Shown here: positions 28,708 to 36,931 of the stretch, piece after piece
How the letters are laid out: each line of letters opens with the position of its first letter
How positions within the stretch are numbered: position 1 is the first letter of the stretch
Assembly (NCBI GenBank): GCA_963708135.1
Contig: OY970192.1
Coordinates: 1,408,001 to 1,472,000 of the forward strand
DNA: 64,000 nt
Direction of reading: 5' to 3'
Origin: an uncultured Gemmatimonadales bacterium
GTDB taxonomy: Bacteria; Gemmatimonadota; Gemmatimonadetes; Longimicrobiales; RSA9
Notes under the pieces: model-generated
Told to the model about the DNA's origin: nothing
Databases searched by the model: none
Seen by the model: the letters and a program-made list of their open reading frames with translations, nothing else
Translations under genes and position numbers: made by a program

Positions 28708-29468
28708 GCAGCCCGGCGGGCCTCGGCACCGCCCTCGCCCGGCGGCCCGAGCCGGCCGGGAACGCGATGCCGCGGGTCCTCGAGGTCTGTCGCCTCGGCA
28801 CGGTGGAATACGGCGAGGCCCTGGCGCTGCAGGACACGCTGGTCCGTCGCCGTCGCGCGCGGGAGATTCCCGACCAGCTGCTCCTCCTCGAGCATCCGCA
28901 CGTGATCACCCTCGGTGCCGCCGCCCGAGAGGAGCACGTGCTGCTCGATGCCGCCGAGCGCCGGCTCCTCGACATCGCGCTCTTCGAGACAGGGCGGGGA
29001 GGCGATGTCACCTACCACGGGCCGGGGCAGCTCGTGGGCTACCCGATCCTCGACCTCAAGCCCGACCGTCGCGACCTGCACCGCTACGTCCGCGACATCG
29101 AGGAGGCGCTCATCCGCGCCCTCGTGACCTTCGGGATTGCGGGCGGCCGGCGGCCGGGCCTCACCGGCGTCTGGGTCGGCGATGAGAAGGTCGTCGCCAT
29201 CGGGGTCCGCGTCTCCAGCGGCTGGATCACCTCGCACGGGTTCGCCTTCAACGTCGACCCCCGCCTCGAGTTCTTCGACGCGATTGTGCCGTGCGGGATC
29301 CGGGAGTTCGGCGTCACCTCGCTCGCCCGGCTGCTGGGGCGACCGGTCCCGGTCGACGCGGTCATGGAGCCGGTCATCGAGGCCTTCAGCGAGGTGTTCG
29401 GACGGGTCGCGCGCGCCGGGGGCCGAACTCCCCCCGAAGGACTTGAAGCCGGGGCCGATCTCGGCTAG
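28704..29468 (+). CDS. lipB: Lipoyl(octanoyl) transferase
   Basis: LEHPHV.TLG, RGGDVTYHGPGQLVGYPI, K..AIG, HGFAFN, IVPCG. Confidence 0.97.
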   Translation: MSSPAGLGTALARRPEPAGNAMPRVLEVCRLGTVEYGEALALQDTLVRRRRAREIPDQLLLLEHPHVITLGAAAREEHVLLDAAERRLLDIALFETGRGGDVTYHGPGQLVGYPILDLKPDRRDLHRYVRDIEEALIRALVTFGIAGGRRPGLTGVWVGDEKVVAIGVRVSSGWITSHGFAFNVDPRLEFFDAIVPCGIREFGVTSLARLLGRPVPVDAVMEPVIEAFSEVFGRVARAGGRTPPEGLEAGADLG

Positions 29469-29471
29469 CTT
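29443..29471 (+). promoter_or_regulatory. Sigma70 promoter overlapping the lipB stop, pointing into the non-coding region
   Basis: TTGAAG-N17-TAGCTT; same -10 as the moaD promoter. Confidence 0.65.
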
Positions 29472-29477
29472 GTCAGC

Positions 29478-29790
29478 ACGCGTTCGGGAGTCGCGGTCGA
29501 TCTCCTGGATGTGGCCGGGCCGGCGGACGTCGCCGGACGGCGTGCTCGGAAGGGAGTTCGGCCCTGACGAGACGGCTGCGGGGTCGCTGGTCGCAGCCGA
29601 AGCCCCACGAGCTCGGGGCGGCCTCGAACGCAGACCGCGCGCTACGAGGTGAGGGATTCGTTACCAGACCGCCGCACGCGGTGGTGAACCGGAACGAAGG
29701 AACGATCCCGCCAGCGGAAAGAAGCCCCCAGAACGCTGCGTGTCAGCGCCTGGGGGCTTCTCACATCCGGGAGGCACTCTCTCACCGCGC
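29478..29790 (+). ncRNA. Candidate large structured ncRNA (~300 nt), family not recognised
   Basis: Own promoter; 12-bp closing helix 29502-29513/29762-29773; seven internal stem-loops; two loop-complement pseudoknots; G-U pairs favour the + strand. Confidence 0.72.
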
Positions 29791-29828
29791 GGCCTCACGC
29801 CACCGGTGGCGCGCGCGCCCCTCCGCTG

Positions 29829-30419
29829 TCAGGGGGGCGGCGCCGGGTGGAAGGCGTCCCCGGGCGGCGGCGGGAACTCGTGGAACTCGAGGTAGCGCCC
29901 CTTCTCCCGCTCGCGCTCGAGCCAGGCGGTGAAGCCGGAATCCATGAGGCCGTTGGACTGGCTCTGCGTGCGCGCGGCGCTTACGGCCAGATCGTTGGCG
30001 TACTCGTTCTGGGGATGGCCGGCGTGGCCCCGGACCCAGCGCCAGTCCACCTCGTGGCGGGCGGCCGAACGGACGAGCCGTTGCCACAGCTCTGCGTTCT
30101 CCACGGGCCCGGTCTTCCGCTTCCAGCCACGGCGCACCCAGCCGCGGACCCACTCGCGCATTCCCCGCACGAGGTACTGCGAGTCGGAGGTGAAGATCAC
30201 GCGGCAGGGGGTGCGCAGCGCCTCGACCGCCTCGAAGGCGCTGCGGATCGCCATCCGGTTGTTGGTCGTGGCGGGCTCGCTCACCCAGTAATCGCGCCGT
30301 GCCCACGCGTTCCCGCGCCACTGCTCGATGAGGCCGGCCGCCCCGCCGGGCGAGTCGCGATCGGTGAACTGCACGCCGAGGCAGGACTCATCGGCGTAGA
30401 TGTAGACCAGGGGTCGCAT
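29829..30419 (-). CDS. rnhA: Ribonuclease HI
   Basis: IYADESC.G...PGG, TTNNRM, TSDSQY, W.WVRGHAGHPQNE.A.DLA. Confidence 0.95.
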   Translation of the reverse strand: MRPLVYIYADESCLGVQFTDRDSPGGAAGLIEQWRGNAWARRDYWVSEPATTNNRMAIRSAFEAVEALRTPCRVIFTSDSQYLVRGMREWVRGWVRRGWKRKTGPVENAELWQRLVRSAARHEVDWRWVRGHAGHPQNEYANDLAVSAARTQSQSNGLMDSGFTAWLEREREKGRYLEFHEFPPPPGDAFHPAPPP

Positions 30420-30460
30420 GGGGCGCCAAGTTCGCCTCGCCGGTCCCACGGCGCAACCGC

Positions 30461-30488
30461 TTGACAGGTGTTCGGGCCGGCGTAAATT
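30461..30488 (+). promoter_or_regulatory. Sigma70 promoter of carA
   Basis: TTGACA-N16-TAAATT. Confidence 0.55.
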
Positions 30489-30528
30489 CGCTCTGGAAAA
30501 CTCTTTGGCCATCCTGCACGGAGGCGAC

Positions 30529-31644
30529 GTGGCTCGGCCCGGCTATCTTCTGCTCGAGGACGGAAGGCGCTTCGACGGCACGCTCATCGGCTCCGAGGGC
30601 AGCGCGGTCGGGGAAGTGGTCTTCAACACCTCGATGACGGGCTATCAGGAGGTGCTGACCGACCCCTCCTACGCTGGCCAGATCGTCACGATGACCTATC
30701 CGCTCATCGGCAACTACGGCGTCAACGGCACGGATGAGGAGTCGGCGCATCCGCAGGTGGCGGGCTTCCTGGTTCGCGAGCTGCCGCCGCTGCACAGCAA
30801 CTGGCGGGCGGAATCGTCACTGGAGTCCTACCTGGAGCGGAGCGGCGTGGTCGGGCTGAGCGGTCTCGACACGCGGGCGCTGACCCGGCACATCCGCTCC
30901 GCCGGAGCGATGCGCGCCGCGATCGCCCCGGCCACGGCGGCGGAGACGGAGGTGGCCGCCCGCATCGAGGCGCATCCCCGCATGGAAGGCCTCGACCTGA
31001 CCGGTGGTGTCTCGACCCAGGCCGACTACGAGATCGCGGCGGCGGGGGAGGAGCGCTTCCACGTGCTCGCCTACGACTTCGGCGTGAAGAGCCATTCGCT
31101 GCGGCTGCTGGCCGAGCGCGGCTGCCGCGTGACGGCCGTCCCCGGCCATGCCGCTCCGGAGGCGCTGCACGAGCGGCGGCCGGACGGCCTGTTCATCTCG
31201 AACGGCCCCGGGGACCCGGAGGCCGTCGCGCACGCGCTCGAGGCGATCCGCCATCTGGCGGACCGCGGCGTCCCGATCTTCGGGATCTGCCTGGGCCACC
31301 AGCTTATTGCGCGCGCCTTCGGCGGGCGGACCTACAAGCTTCGCTACGGCCACCGCGGCGGGAATCATCCGGTGCGGCGGCTGTTGGACGGCGCGGTCGA
31401 GATCACGGCGCAGAACCATGGCTTCGCGGTCAGGGCTGAGGGGGAGACCGGCGTCGAGGGCGCTGCGTCGCTCGTCGTCACGCACGCGAATCTGAACGAC
31501 GGGACGGTGGAAGGCGTGGCGCACCGGGAGCTTCCGGTCTTCAGCGTGCAGTACCACCCGGAAGCCGCTCCGGGGCCCCACGACTCGCGCTACCTGTTCG
31601 ATCGCTTCGTGGATGCGCTCGCGCACGCGCGAGGAGAGACTTGA
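30529..31644 (+). CDS. carA: Carbamoyl-phosphate synthase small subunit
   Basis: GEVVFNTSMTGYQE..TDPSY, SNGPGDP, GICLGHQ, QYHPE; GGAGG RBS before GTG 30529. Confidence 0.98.
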   Translation: MARPGYLLLEDGRRFDGTLIGSEGSAVGEVVFNTSMTGYQEVLTDPSYAGQIVTMTYPLIGNYGVNGTDEESAHPQVAGFLVRELPPLHSNWRAESSLESYLERSGVVGLSGLDTRALTRHIRSAGAMRAAIAPATAAETEVAARIEAHPRMEGLDLTGGVSTQADYEIAAAGEERFHVLAYDFGVKSHSLRLLAERGCRVTAVPGHAAPEALHERRPDGLFISNGPGDPEAVAHALEAIRHLADRGVPIFGICLGHQLIARAFGGRTYKLRYGHRGGNHPVRRLLDGAVEITAQNHGFAVRAEGETGVEGAASLVVTHANLNDGTVEGVAHRELPVFSVQYHPEAAPGPHDSRYLFDRFVDALAHARGET

Positions 31645-31670
31645 CTGGGAGGGGACGGCGGCATTAACGT
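31641..31670 (+). promoter_or_regulatory. Sigma70 promoter ~190 nt upstream of hup/ihf
   Basis: TTGACT-N18-TAACGT. Confidence 0.55.
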
Positions 31671-31862
31671 ATGCGCCCGTCCCTTCTCAACATACGAGCA
31701 CACGCCGGTGATGAATTCCGTGGATCGCGAGCGTCCTTCCCGACCGTCTTCCGGAGCCGGCGTGTTCGTGGGGCGTTGTCCCGTTCGGGGGCGCTATCGA
31801 CGGCATCGATGGGGGCTCGGCTCCCAGGAAACACCCACTCCAGCACCAGGCAGGGAGGTACC

Positions 31863-32162
31863 ATGACGAAAGCCGACCTCGTCGAGCAGGTAGCCAGCGC
31901 GATCGGGCCAGGCATCACGAAGAAGGATTGCGCTCTCGTGGTCGACGGGCTGCTCAACGCGATCAAGAACGCCCTCGCGGACCACAACCACATCGAGATC
32001 CGCGGCTTCGGGACCTTCAAGGTTCGCAAGCGGCGCTCGCGCATGGCGCGCAACCCGCGCACGGGCGACCCGGTCGAGGTGCCCTCGCGGGCGGTGCCGA
32101 TCTTCAAGCCCTCGAAGGACCTCCGCGTCCAGGTGTCGGACGGCACGCACGTCGGGGTCTGA
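31863..32162 (+). CDS. HU/IHF family DNA-binding protein
   Basis: MTKADL, IEIRGFGTF.V..R..R.ARNP.TG, FKPSK; GGAGG RBS. Confidence 0.97.
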   Translation: MTKADLVEQVASAIGPGITKKDCALVVDGLLNAIKNALADHNHIEIRGFGTFKVRKRRSRMARNPRTGDPVEVPSRAVPIFKPSKDLRVQVSDGTHVGV

Positions 32163-32181
32163 GCGCTTGCGGCTCGGCGAG

Positions 32182-32220
32182 GCGCCCCATCCGGATCCTC
32201 CGGGTGGGGCGCTCTGTATT
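32182..32220 (+). terminator. Intrinsic terminator after hup/ihf
   Basis: 14-bp stem GCGCCCCATCCGGA/TCCGGGTGGGGCGC (one G-U), TCTGTATT tail. Confidence 0.7.
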
Positions 32221-32247
32221 TAACGGCATGCGCGACCATGGCGTCTA
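32219..32247 (+). promoter_or_regulatory. ECF-type promoter (probably autoregulatory, leaderless)
   Basis: TTTAAC-N17-CGTCTA ending 6 nt before GTG 32254. Confidence 0.55.
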
Positions 32248-32253
32248 GCGGAA

Positions 32254-32826
32254 GTGAGCACCAGCGTGCGATCGGAGCGGCGGGCGGAGGCGGCGCCGGA
32301 GGACGAGGCGCGGCTGATCGAGCGGGCGCGGGCGGGAGACCGCGAGGCGCTGGAGTGGCTCGTGGCGCGGCACCTCGACGACGTGTACGGCGTCGCGATG
32401 CGGGTCCTGCGGGACCGGGCGCTCGCGCAGGACGCCGCGCAGGATGCGTTCGTGAACGCGATGAACGGACTGGCGCGCTTCCGCGGCGACGCGAGCTTCC
32501 GGACCTGGCTGCTGCGGATCACGATGAACGCGGCCCGTACCCTCGCGCGCCGGCGGGGGCGCCGACGCGAGGTGGCGATCGCGGAGGCCGTCGAAGTGCC
32601 GGGCGGCGGGCACGATCCGGCTTCCGTCGCGGTGATCCGAACCGAGGCCGATCGCGCGCTGGAGGCGCTGGCCCGATTGCCGGAGAAGCAGCGGCTGGCC
32701 GTTTCGCTGCGCGTGCACCAGGGGCTGAGCTATCAGGAGATCGGCGCGCTGATCGATTGCTCGGAGGGCGCCGCGCGCGTGAACTACCATCTGGGCATCA
32801 AGCGCTTGCGGGAGATGGTGAAATGA
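32254..32826 (+). CDS. ECF family RNA polymerase sigma factor
   Basis: AQDAAQDAF, F.TWL.RI..N, LPEKQR, GLSYQEIG. Confidence 0.95.
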   Translation: MSTSVRSERRAEAAPEDEARLIERARAGDREALEWLVARHLDDVYGVAMRVLRDRALAQDAAQDAFVNAMNGLARFRGDASFRTWLLRITMNAARTLARRRGRRREVAIAEAVEVPGGGHDPASVAVIRTEADRALEALARLPEKQRLAVSLRVHQGLSYQEIGALIDCSEGAARVNYHLGIKRLREMVK

Positions 32827-33344
32827 TCGTGCTGAGCTGTGATTCGGTGCGCGAGCGCCTTCCGGAGCTTCTCGCCGGCCGGCTGTCGGTGGCCGACGCG
32901 GACGCGCTGCGGGGGCACCTGGCGGAGTGCGACGCGTGCGCGGCGGACCGGCGCACGATCCAGCATCTGCGTGCCGCGCGGCCCGAAGCTCCGCCCGCGC
33001 TGGGGCTGCGGGTGGTCGAGGCGGTTTCGAGCCGCCGCCCTGCTCCCGTGCTGCTGGTACGGCGGCGCATGCTCGTCGCCGCGACGGCGGCCGCAGCGCT
33101 CCTCGGCGGCAGCATGCTGTACCGGGCGGGGCGGTCCGCTGCACCCGCGACGGCCGTTCCGGACCTGGCCAATGGCACGGCGGCCGTCGCGGTGGGAGCG
33201 GCGGCGCCGGCACTGGATGGGCAGGTGCTCATGCAGGCTCCGCCCGGCAACATCGAGGCGGACGGGCTAGGCGCCGCGGCGTCGTCGCTCGACGATCTTT
33301 CGGTGGGCGAGCTCGAGTCCCTGCTCGCGGAGCTGAAGTCGTGA
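32823..33344 (+). CDS. zf-HC2 transmembrane anti-sigma factor
   Basis: N-terminal C...HLAECDAC (Hx3Cx2C), one TM helix; ATGA overlap with the sigma gene. Confidence 0.88.
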   Translation: MIVLSCDSVRERLPELLAGRLSVADADALRGHLAECDACAADRRTIQHLRAARPEAPPALGLRVVEAVSSRRPAPVLLVRRRMLVAATAAAALLGGSMLYRAGRSAAPATAVPDLANGTAAVAVGAAAPALDGQVLMQAPPGNIEADGLGAAASSLDDLSVGELESLLAELKS

Positions 33345-33913
33345 GGGGACTTCTCGGGGCCGCGCTGCTCGCACTCGTGCTGGCTCCCGGCGCGCTGAGC
33401 GCGCAGCGCGCCGGCGATCCCAGGCGGGCGGCGCTCCAGGCGCAGATACTCGACCGCTTCATGGACCGCGTCTCCCAGCGATTGCAGCTCGACGGCGGGC
33501 AGCGCACGCGGCTCGAGCAGGTGCTGCGGGCGAACGAGACGCGGCGGCGCGAGCTCCAGCGCGATGCCGGCGCGCTGCGGCGCCGGCTCGCCGATGCGAT
33601 CCGCGATCCCGCGACCAGGCCGGGCGAGTTCGAGCATCTGCTGGACGGCATGGCGGACCTCCGCACGCGGGATGCCCGCCTCTGGCGCGACGAGCAGGCG
33701 GCCCTGGCGCAGGTGCTGAACCCACGCCAGCGCGCGGAGTTCGTCGGACTTCGCGTCCAGTTCTACGAGATGGTGCAGCGGCTGCGGCGGGAGCGCGGCG
33801 GACCCGGCGGGCCGCCAGGCCGCGGTCCGGGCATGTCACCCGGCGGCGGTCCTCCCGGCGGTGGACCCGGTCCCGGCGCGTTCCTCACGCCCACGCTCCC
33901 CCCGAGTCCGTAA
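33341..33913 (+). CDS. Periplasmic Spy/CpxP-like helical protein
   Basis: Signal peptide, L.L...QR and VLNPRQR (LTxxQ-like) motifs, Gly/Pro tail. Confidence 0.78.
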   Translation: MRGLLGAALLALVLAPGALSAQRAGDPRRAALQAQILDRFMDRVSQRLQLDGGQRTRLEQVLRANETRRRELQRDAGALRRRLADAIRDPATRPGEFEHLLDGMADLRTRDARLWRDEQAALAQVLNPRQRAEFVGLRVQFYEMVQRLRRERGGPGGPPGRGPGMSPGGGPPGGGPGPGAFLTPTLPPSP

Positions 33914-34004
33914 CCAGCCGCGCGCCGGAGCATTCGGCTCCAGCGCATATGGCGGCCGGAAGACCCACGGATCCCGACGCGGGCCGACACCGCCGGGCAC
34001 CGGC

Positions 34005-34033
34005 TTGATGGAACCCCGCCGCGCGTCTAGCTT
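34005..34033 (+). promoter_or_regulatory. Sigma70 promoter giving a probably leaderless moaD transcript
   Basis: TTGATG-N17-TAGCTT, ATG 6 nt after the -10 box, no RBS. Confidence 0.6.
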
Positions 34034-34039
34034 TCGGGC

Positions 34040-34291
34040 ATGACGATGCGCATCCAGCTGCTCTTCTTCGCGCTCTATCGGGACATGGCGGGCGTGGAAA
34101 CGCTCGAGATCGAGGTCCCTGCCGGCTCCACGGCCCGCGGGCTGGTCGGCCTCGTGCGTGAGCGTGGCGGCGGGCTTGCCCGGCTTCCGGCGGAGCCCGT
34201 CGTCGCCATCAACCGGGAGTATGCCTCCCTCGACGCTCATCTCTCGGATGGCGACGAGCTCGCGCTGCTGCCGCCGGTGGCCGGCGGATGA
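34040..34291 (+). CDS. moaD: Molybdopterin synthase sulfur carrier subunit
   Basis: Ubiquitin-like size, FFA, C-terminal PPVAGG. Confidence 0.95.
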   Translation: MTMRIQLLFFALYRDMAGVETLEIEVPAGSTARGLVGLVRERGGGLARLPAEPVVAINREYASLDAHLSDGDELALLPPVAGG

Positions 34292-34734
34292 GCGTGCGCG
34301 CGGTGGTGACGCGGGAGCGGATCGATCCGGGGGCCGTACTCGCGGCCGTGGGTGCGCCGCAAGACGGCGCCGTGGTCCTGTTCCTCGGTACCGTCCGGGA
34401 CCACAACGAGGGGCAGGCCGTCCGCGGCCTCCGCTACGAGGCGTACGAGTCGATGGCGAACGGGGTGCTGCAGAAGATCGCCGAGGCGGCCGCGACCCGG
34501 CTCGGGACGGAGCGCCTGACGGTCGTGCACCGGGTCGGCGAGCTGGAGGTGGGCGAGACGAGCGTGGCCGTGGCCGCCTCGAGCCCGCACCGCGCCGAGG
34601 CCTTCGATGCCGTGCGGTGGGCGATGGAGGAGATCAAGGCCCGCCTTCCGGTGTGGAAGGAGGAGCGCTACGTGGCCGGCGAGAGCCGTTGGCTCGAGGG
34701 TGCCGTACCGCCCGGATCCGGAGAGCGCCGGTGA
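34288..34734 (+). CDS. moaE: Molybdopterin synthase catalytic subunit
   Basis: F.GTVR, L.YEAY, HRVG.L, S.HR..AF, K...PVWKEE. Confidence 0.96.
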   Translation: MSVRAVVTRERIDPGAVLAAVGAPQDGAVVLFLGTVRDHNEGQAVRGLRYEAYESMANGVLQKIAEAAATRLGTERLTVVHRVGELEVGETSVAVAASSPHRAEAFDAVRWAMEEIKARLPVWKEERYVAGESRWLEGAVPPGSGERR

Positions 34735-35780
34735 GCGAGCTCCTCGATCGGGCCGAGACGGCGCGGCGGACCCTCGAGGGGGAGCGCGCCGGAGACGGAA
34801 TGCGCGACGGCTTCGGACGCCGCATCGAGTACCTGCGCATCTCGGTGACGGACAAGTGCAACCTCCGGTGCGTGTACTGCATGCCCGAGGAGGGGCTGCC
34901 CTGGCTGAAGCGATCGGAGCTGCTCAGCTACGAGGAGATCGGCGAGATCGTGCGCGTAATGGCGGAGATGGGGCTCCGGCGCGTGCGCCTCACCGGGGGG
35001 GAGCCGCTGGTCCGGAAGGACCTTCCGGAGCTGGTCCGCCTGCTCGCCCGGGTTCCCGGGATCGACGACATCGCCCTTTCCACGAACGGCGTGCTGCTCG
35101 CGCCCGTGGCGGAGGAGCTGCGGGACGGCGGCGTCTCCCGCGTGAACCTCTCCCTCGACTCGCTGCGGCCCGGGCGCGTGGACGAGCTCGCCCGCCGACC
35201 CGGGTCCCACGCGCGCATCATGGCCGGCCTGGAGGCGGCGGAACGCGTCGGCTTCGCGCCGCTCAAGATCAACACGGTCGTCATGCGCGGCCGCAACGAC
35301 GACGAGCTCGAGGACTTCGCGCGCGCAACGCTCGATCGGCCCTGGCACGTCCGCTTCATCGAGGTCATGCCGGTCGGCAACAACCTCGGCATCTCGGCGG
35401 ACGAGTACATCTCGGCCTTCGAGATGCTCGAGCGGATCCGCGCGGTGCGCGCGCTGGAGCCGGTGGAAGGACCCGCCGGCAACGGCCCCGCGACCTACTT
35501 CCGCCTGGCGGGAGCCCGCGGAACCATCGGCGTCATTACGCCCATGAGCCACAACTACTGTGAGCGCTGCAACCGCATGCGGCTGACCGCCGATGGAGCG
35601 CTGCGCCCCTGCCTGTTCGGCTCGCTCCAGCGCAACCTGCGCGATCCGCTGCGGACCGGCACGCCGCTTCGCCCGATCATCGAGGAGGTGCTGCGCGTGA
35701 AGCCGGAGCGGCACCACCTCGTGCAGGGCAGCGCCGAGGGCTCGGGCGGGCTCATCGCTCTCTCGCAGGTCGGCGGCTGA
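34731..35780 (+). CDS. moaA: GTP 3',8-cyclase (radical SAM)
   Basis: YLRISVTDKCNLRCVYC, TGGEP, C.RCNR.RLT..G...PCL, C-terminal VGG. Confidence 0.98.
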   Translation: MSELLDRAETARRTLEGERAGDGMRDGFGRRIEYLRISVTDKCNLRCVYCMPEEGLPWLKRSELLSYEEIGEIVRVMAEMGLRRVRLTGGEPLVRKDLPELVRLLARVPGIDDIALSTNGVLLAPVAEELRDGGVSRVNLSLDSLRPGRVDELARRPGSHARIMAGLEAAERVGFAPLKINTVVMRGRNDDELEDFARATLDRPWHVRFIEVMPVGNNLGISADEYISAFEMLERIRAVRALEPVEGPAGNGPATYFRLAGARGTIGVITPMSHNYCERCNRMRLTADGALRPCLFGSLQRNLRDPLRTGTPLRPIIEEVLRVKPERHHLVQGSAEGSGGLIALSQVGG

Positions 35781-35889
35781 GCGTCCTCGGAACCCCTCCA
35801 CGACACCGGCCAGCCTCCCCGGCCCCGTACCTGAAGCCACCCCGTCGGAATCCCCGTAAAGCGGTGAAATTTCGCACCTCCGGGTCGCG

Positions 35890-35918
35890 TTGACACCCCG
35901 GAAGGCGGCCCCTAGTTT
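35890..35918 (+). promoter_or_regulatory. Sigma70 promoter of mdh-sdhCAB
   Basis: TTGACA-N17-TAGTTT. Confidence 0.75.
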
Positions 35919-35950
35919 GCCCCCCGCACGAGTTCCTCTGAAGAGGCTGG

Positions 35951-36883
35951 ATGGCCATGGTCAACAAGATTACGGTCGTGGGCGCCGGGCACGTTGGCGC
36001 GACCACGGCGCAGGGGCTGGCGCGCCGGGAGCTGGCAGGCGAGGTCGTGCTGGTGGACGTCGTCGAGGGAGTGCCGCAGGGGAAGGGGCTCGACCAGTGG
36101 GAGTCGGCCCCGATCGAGGGCTTCGACACGCAGGTGAGGGGAACGAACGACTACGATGCCACGGCGGGCTCGGACGTGGTGATCATCACCGCGGGTATCG
36201 CGCGGAAGCCGGGAATGAGCCGGGACGACCTGCTCAAGACGAACGCCGGAATCGTCCGCCAGGTGTCGGAGAAGATCAAGGCGTCTTCGCCGGACGCCAT
36301 CGTGATCATGGTCTCCAATCCGCTCGACGTGATGGCGTACGTCTGCAAGCGCACGACGGGGTTCCCGCGCGAGCGGGTGGTCGGGATGGCGGGGGTGCTG
36401 GACACGGCGCGCTACCGTTCGTTCATCGCGCGCGAGCTGGACGTCAGCGTGGAGGACATCCAGGCGCTGGTGCTCGGCGGGCACGGCGACACCATGGTGC
36501 CGCTGGCGTCCTACACGACGGTCAGCGGCATTCCCGTTACGCAGCTCGTGGCGCAGGAGCGCATCGAGGCCCTGGTGGATCGGGCACGGAAGGGCGGCGC
36601 GGAGATCGTGGGGCTGCTGAAGACCGGCAGCGCGTATTACGCCCCCGCGGCGGCGGCCGTGCAGATGGCCGAGGCGATCGTGAAGAACAAGCGCCGGATC
36701 CTGCCCTGCTCCGCGTATCTGCAGGGGGAATACGGCCTGGAGGGCCTCTTCCTGGGCGTGCCGTGCAAGCTCGGCCGCAACGGCCTGGAGCAGATCGTGG
36801 AGGTCGAGCTCACGGCGGAGGAGCGGGCCGCGCTCGGCCGCTCGGCCGACGCGGTGCGGGAGACCATGGCCGTGCTCGACTGA
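35951..36883 (+). CDS. mdh: Malate dehydrogenase (LDH-like type)
   Basis: [37 protein letters not shown]. Confidence 0.98.
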   Translation: MAMVNKITVVGAGHVGATTAQGLARRELAGEVVLVDVVEGVPQGKGLDQWESAPIEGFDTQVRGTNDYDATAGSDVVIITAGIARKPGMSRDDLLKTNAGIVRQVSEKIKASSPDAIVIMVSNPLDVMAYVCKRTTGFPRERVVGMAGVLDTARYRSFIARELDVSVEDIQALVLGGHGDTMVPLASYTTVSGIPVTQLVAQERIEALVDRARKGGAEIVGLLKTGSAYYAPAAAAVQMAEAIVKNKRRILPCSAYLQGEYGLEGLFLGVPCKLGRNGLEQIVEVELTAEERAALGRSADAVRETMAVLD

Positions 36884-36931
36884 GCGCCAGTACGGCCCCC
36901 AACGCAACCGGAACAGGACCGCGGAGCCGCG

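Noticed and set aside
29545..29605. Hammerhead-like CTGACGA...GAA and SAM-I-like GAAGGG...GGCCCTGA motifs
   Set aside because: The hammerhead core needs GAAA directly after stem II plus stems I/III (here GAAG with an offset); SAM-I AUC..GAG/GCAACC elements are missing and no gene follows on this strand
29684..29710. SRP RNA-like TGAACC...GAAGGAA
   Set aside because: Lacks the CAGG and AGCAG internal-loop motifs of helix 8
29137..29932. ORFs 29137-29652 and 29681-29932 as coding explanations for the lipB-rnhA gap
   Set aside because: They overlap real genes out of frame or antisense, have no RBS and are low-complexity translations
33914..34004. Moco riboswitch upstream of moaD
   Set aside because: No recognisable consensus, and the promoter lies immediately before the ATG
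35862..35879. Second Rex-like site upstream of mdh (CGGTGAAATTTCGCACCT)
   Set aside because: Too many mismatches to TTGTGAA-N4-TTCACAA to call
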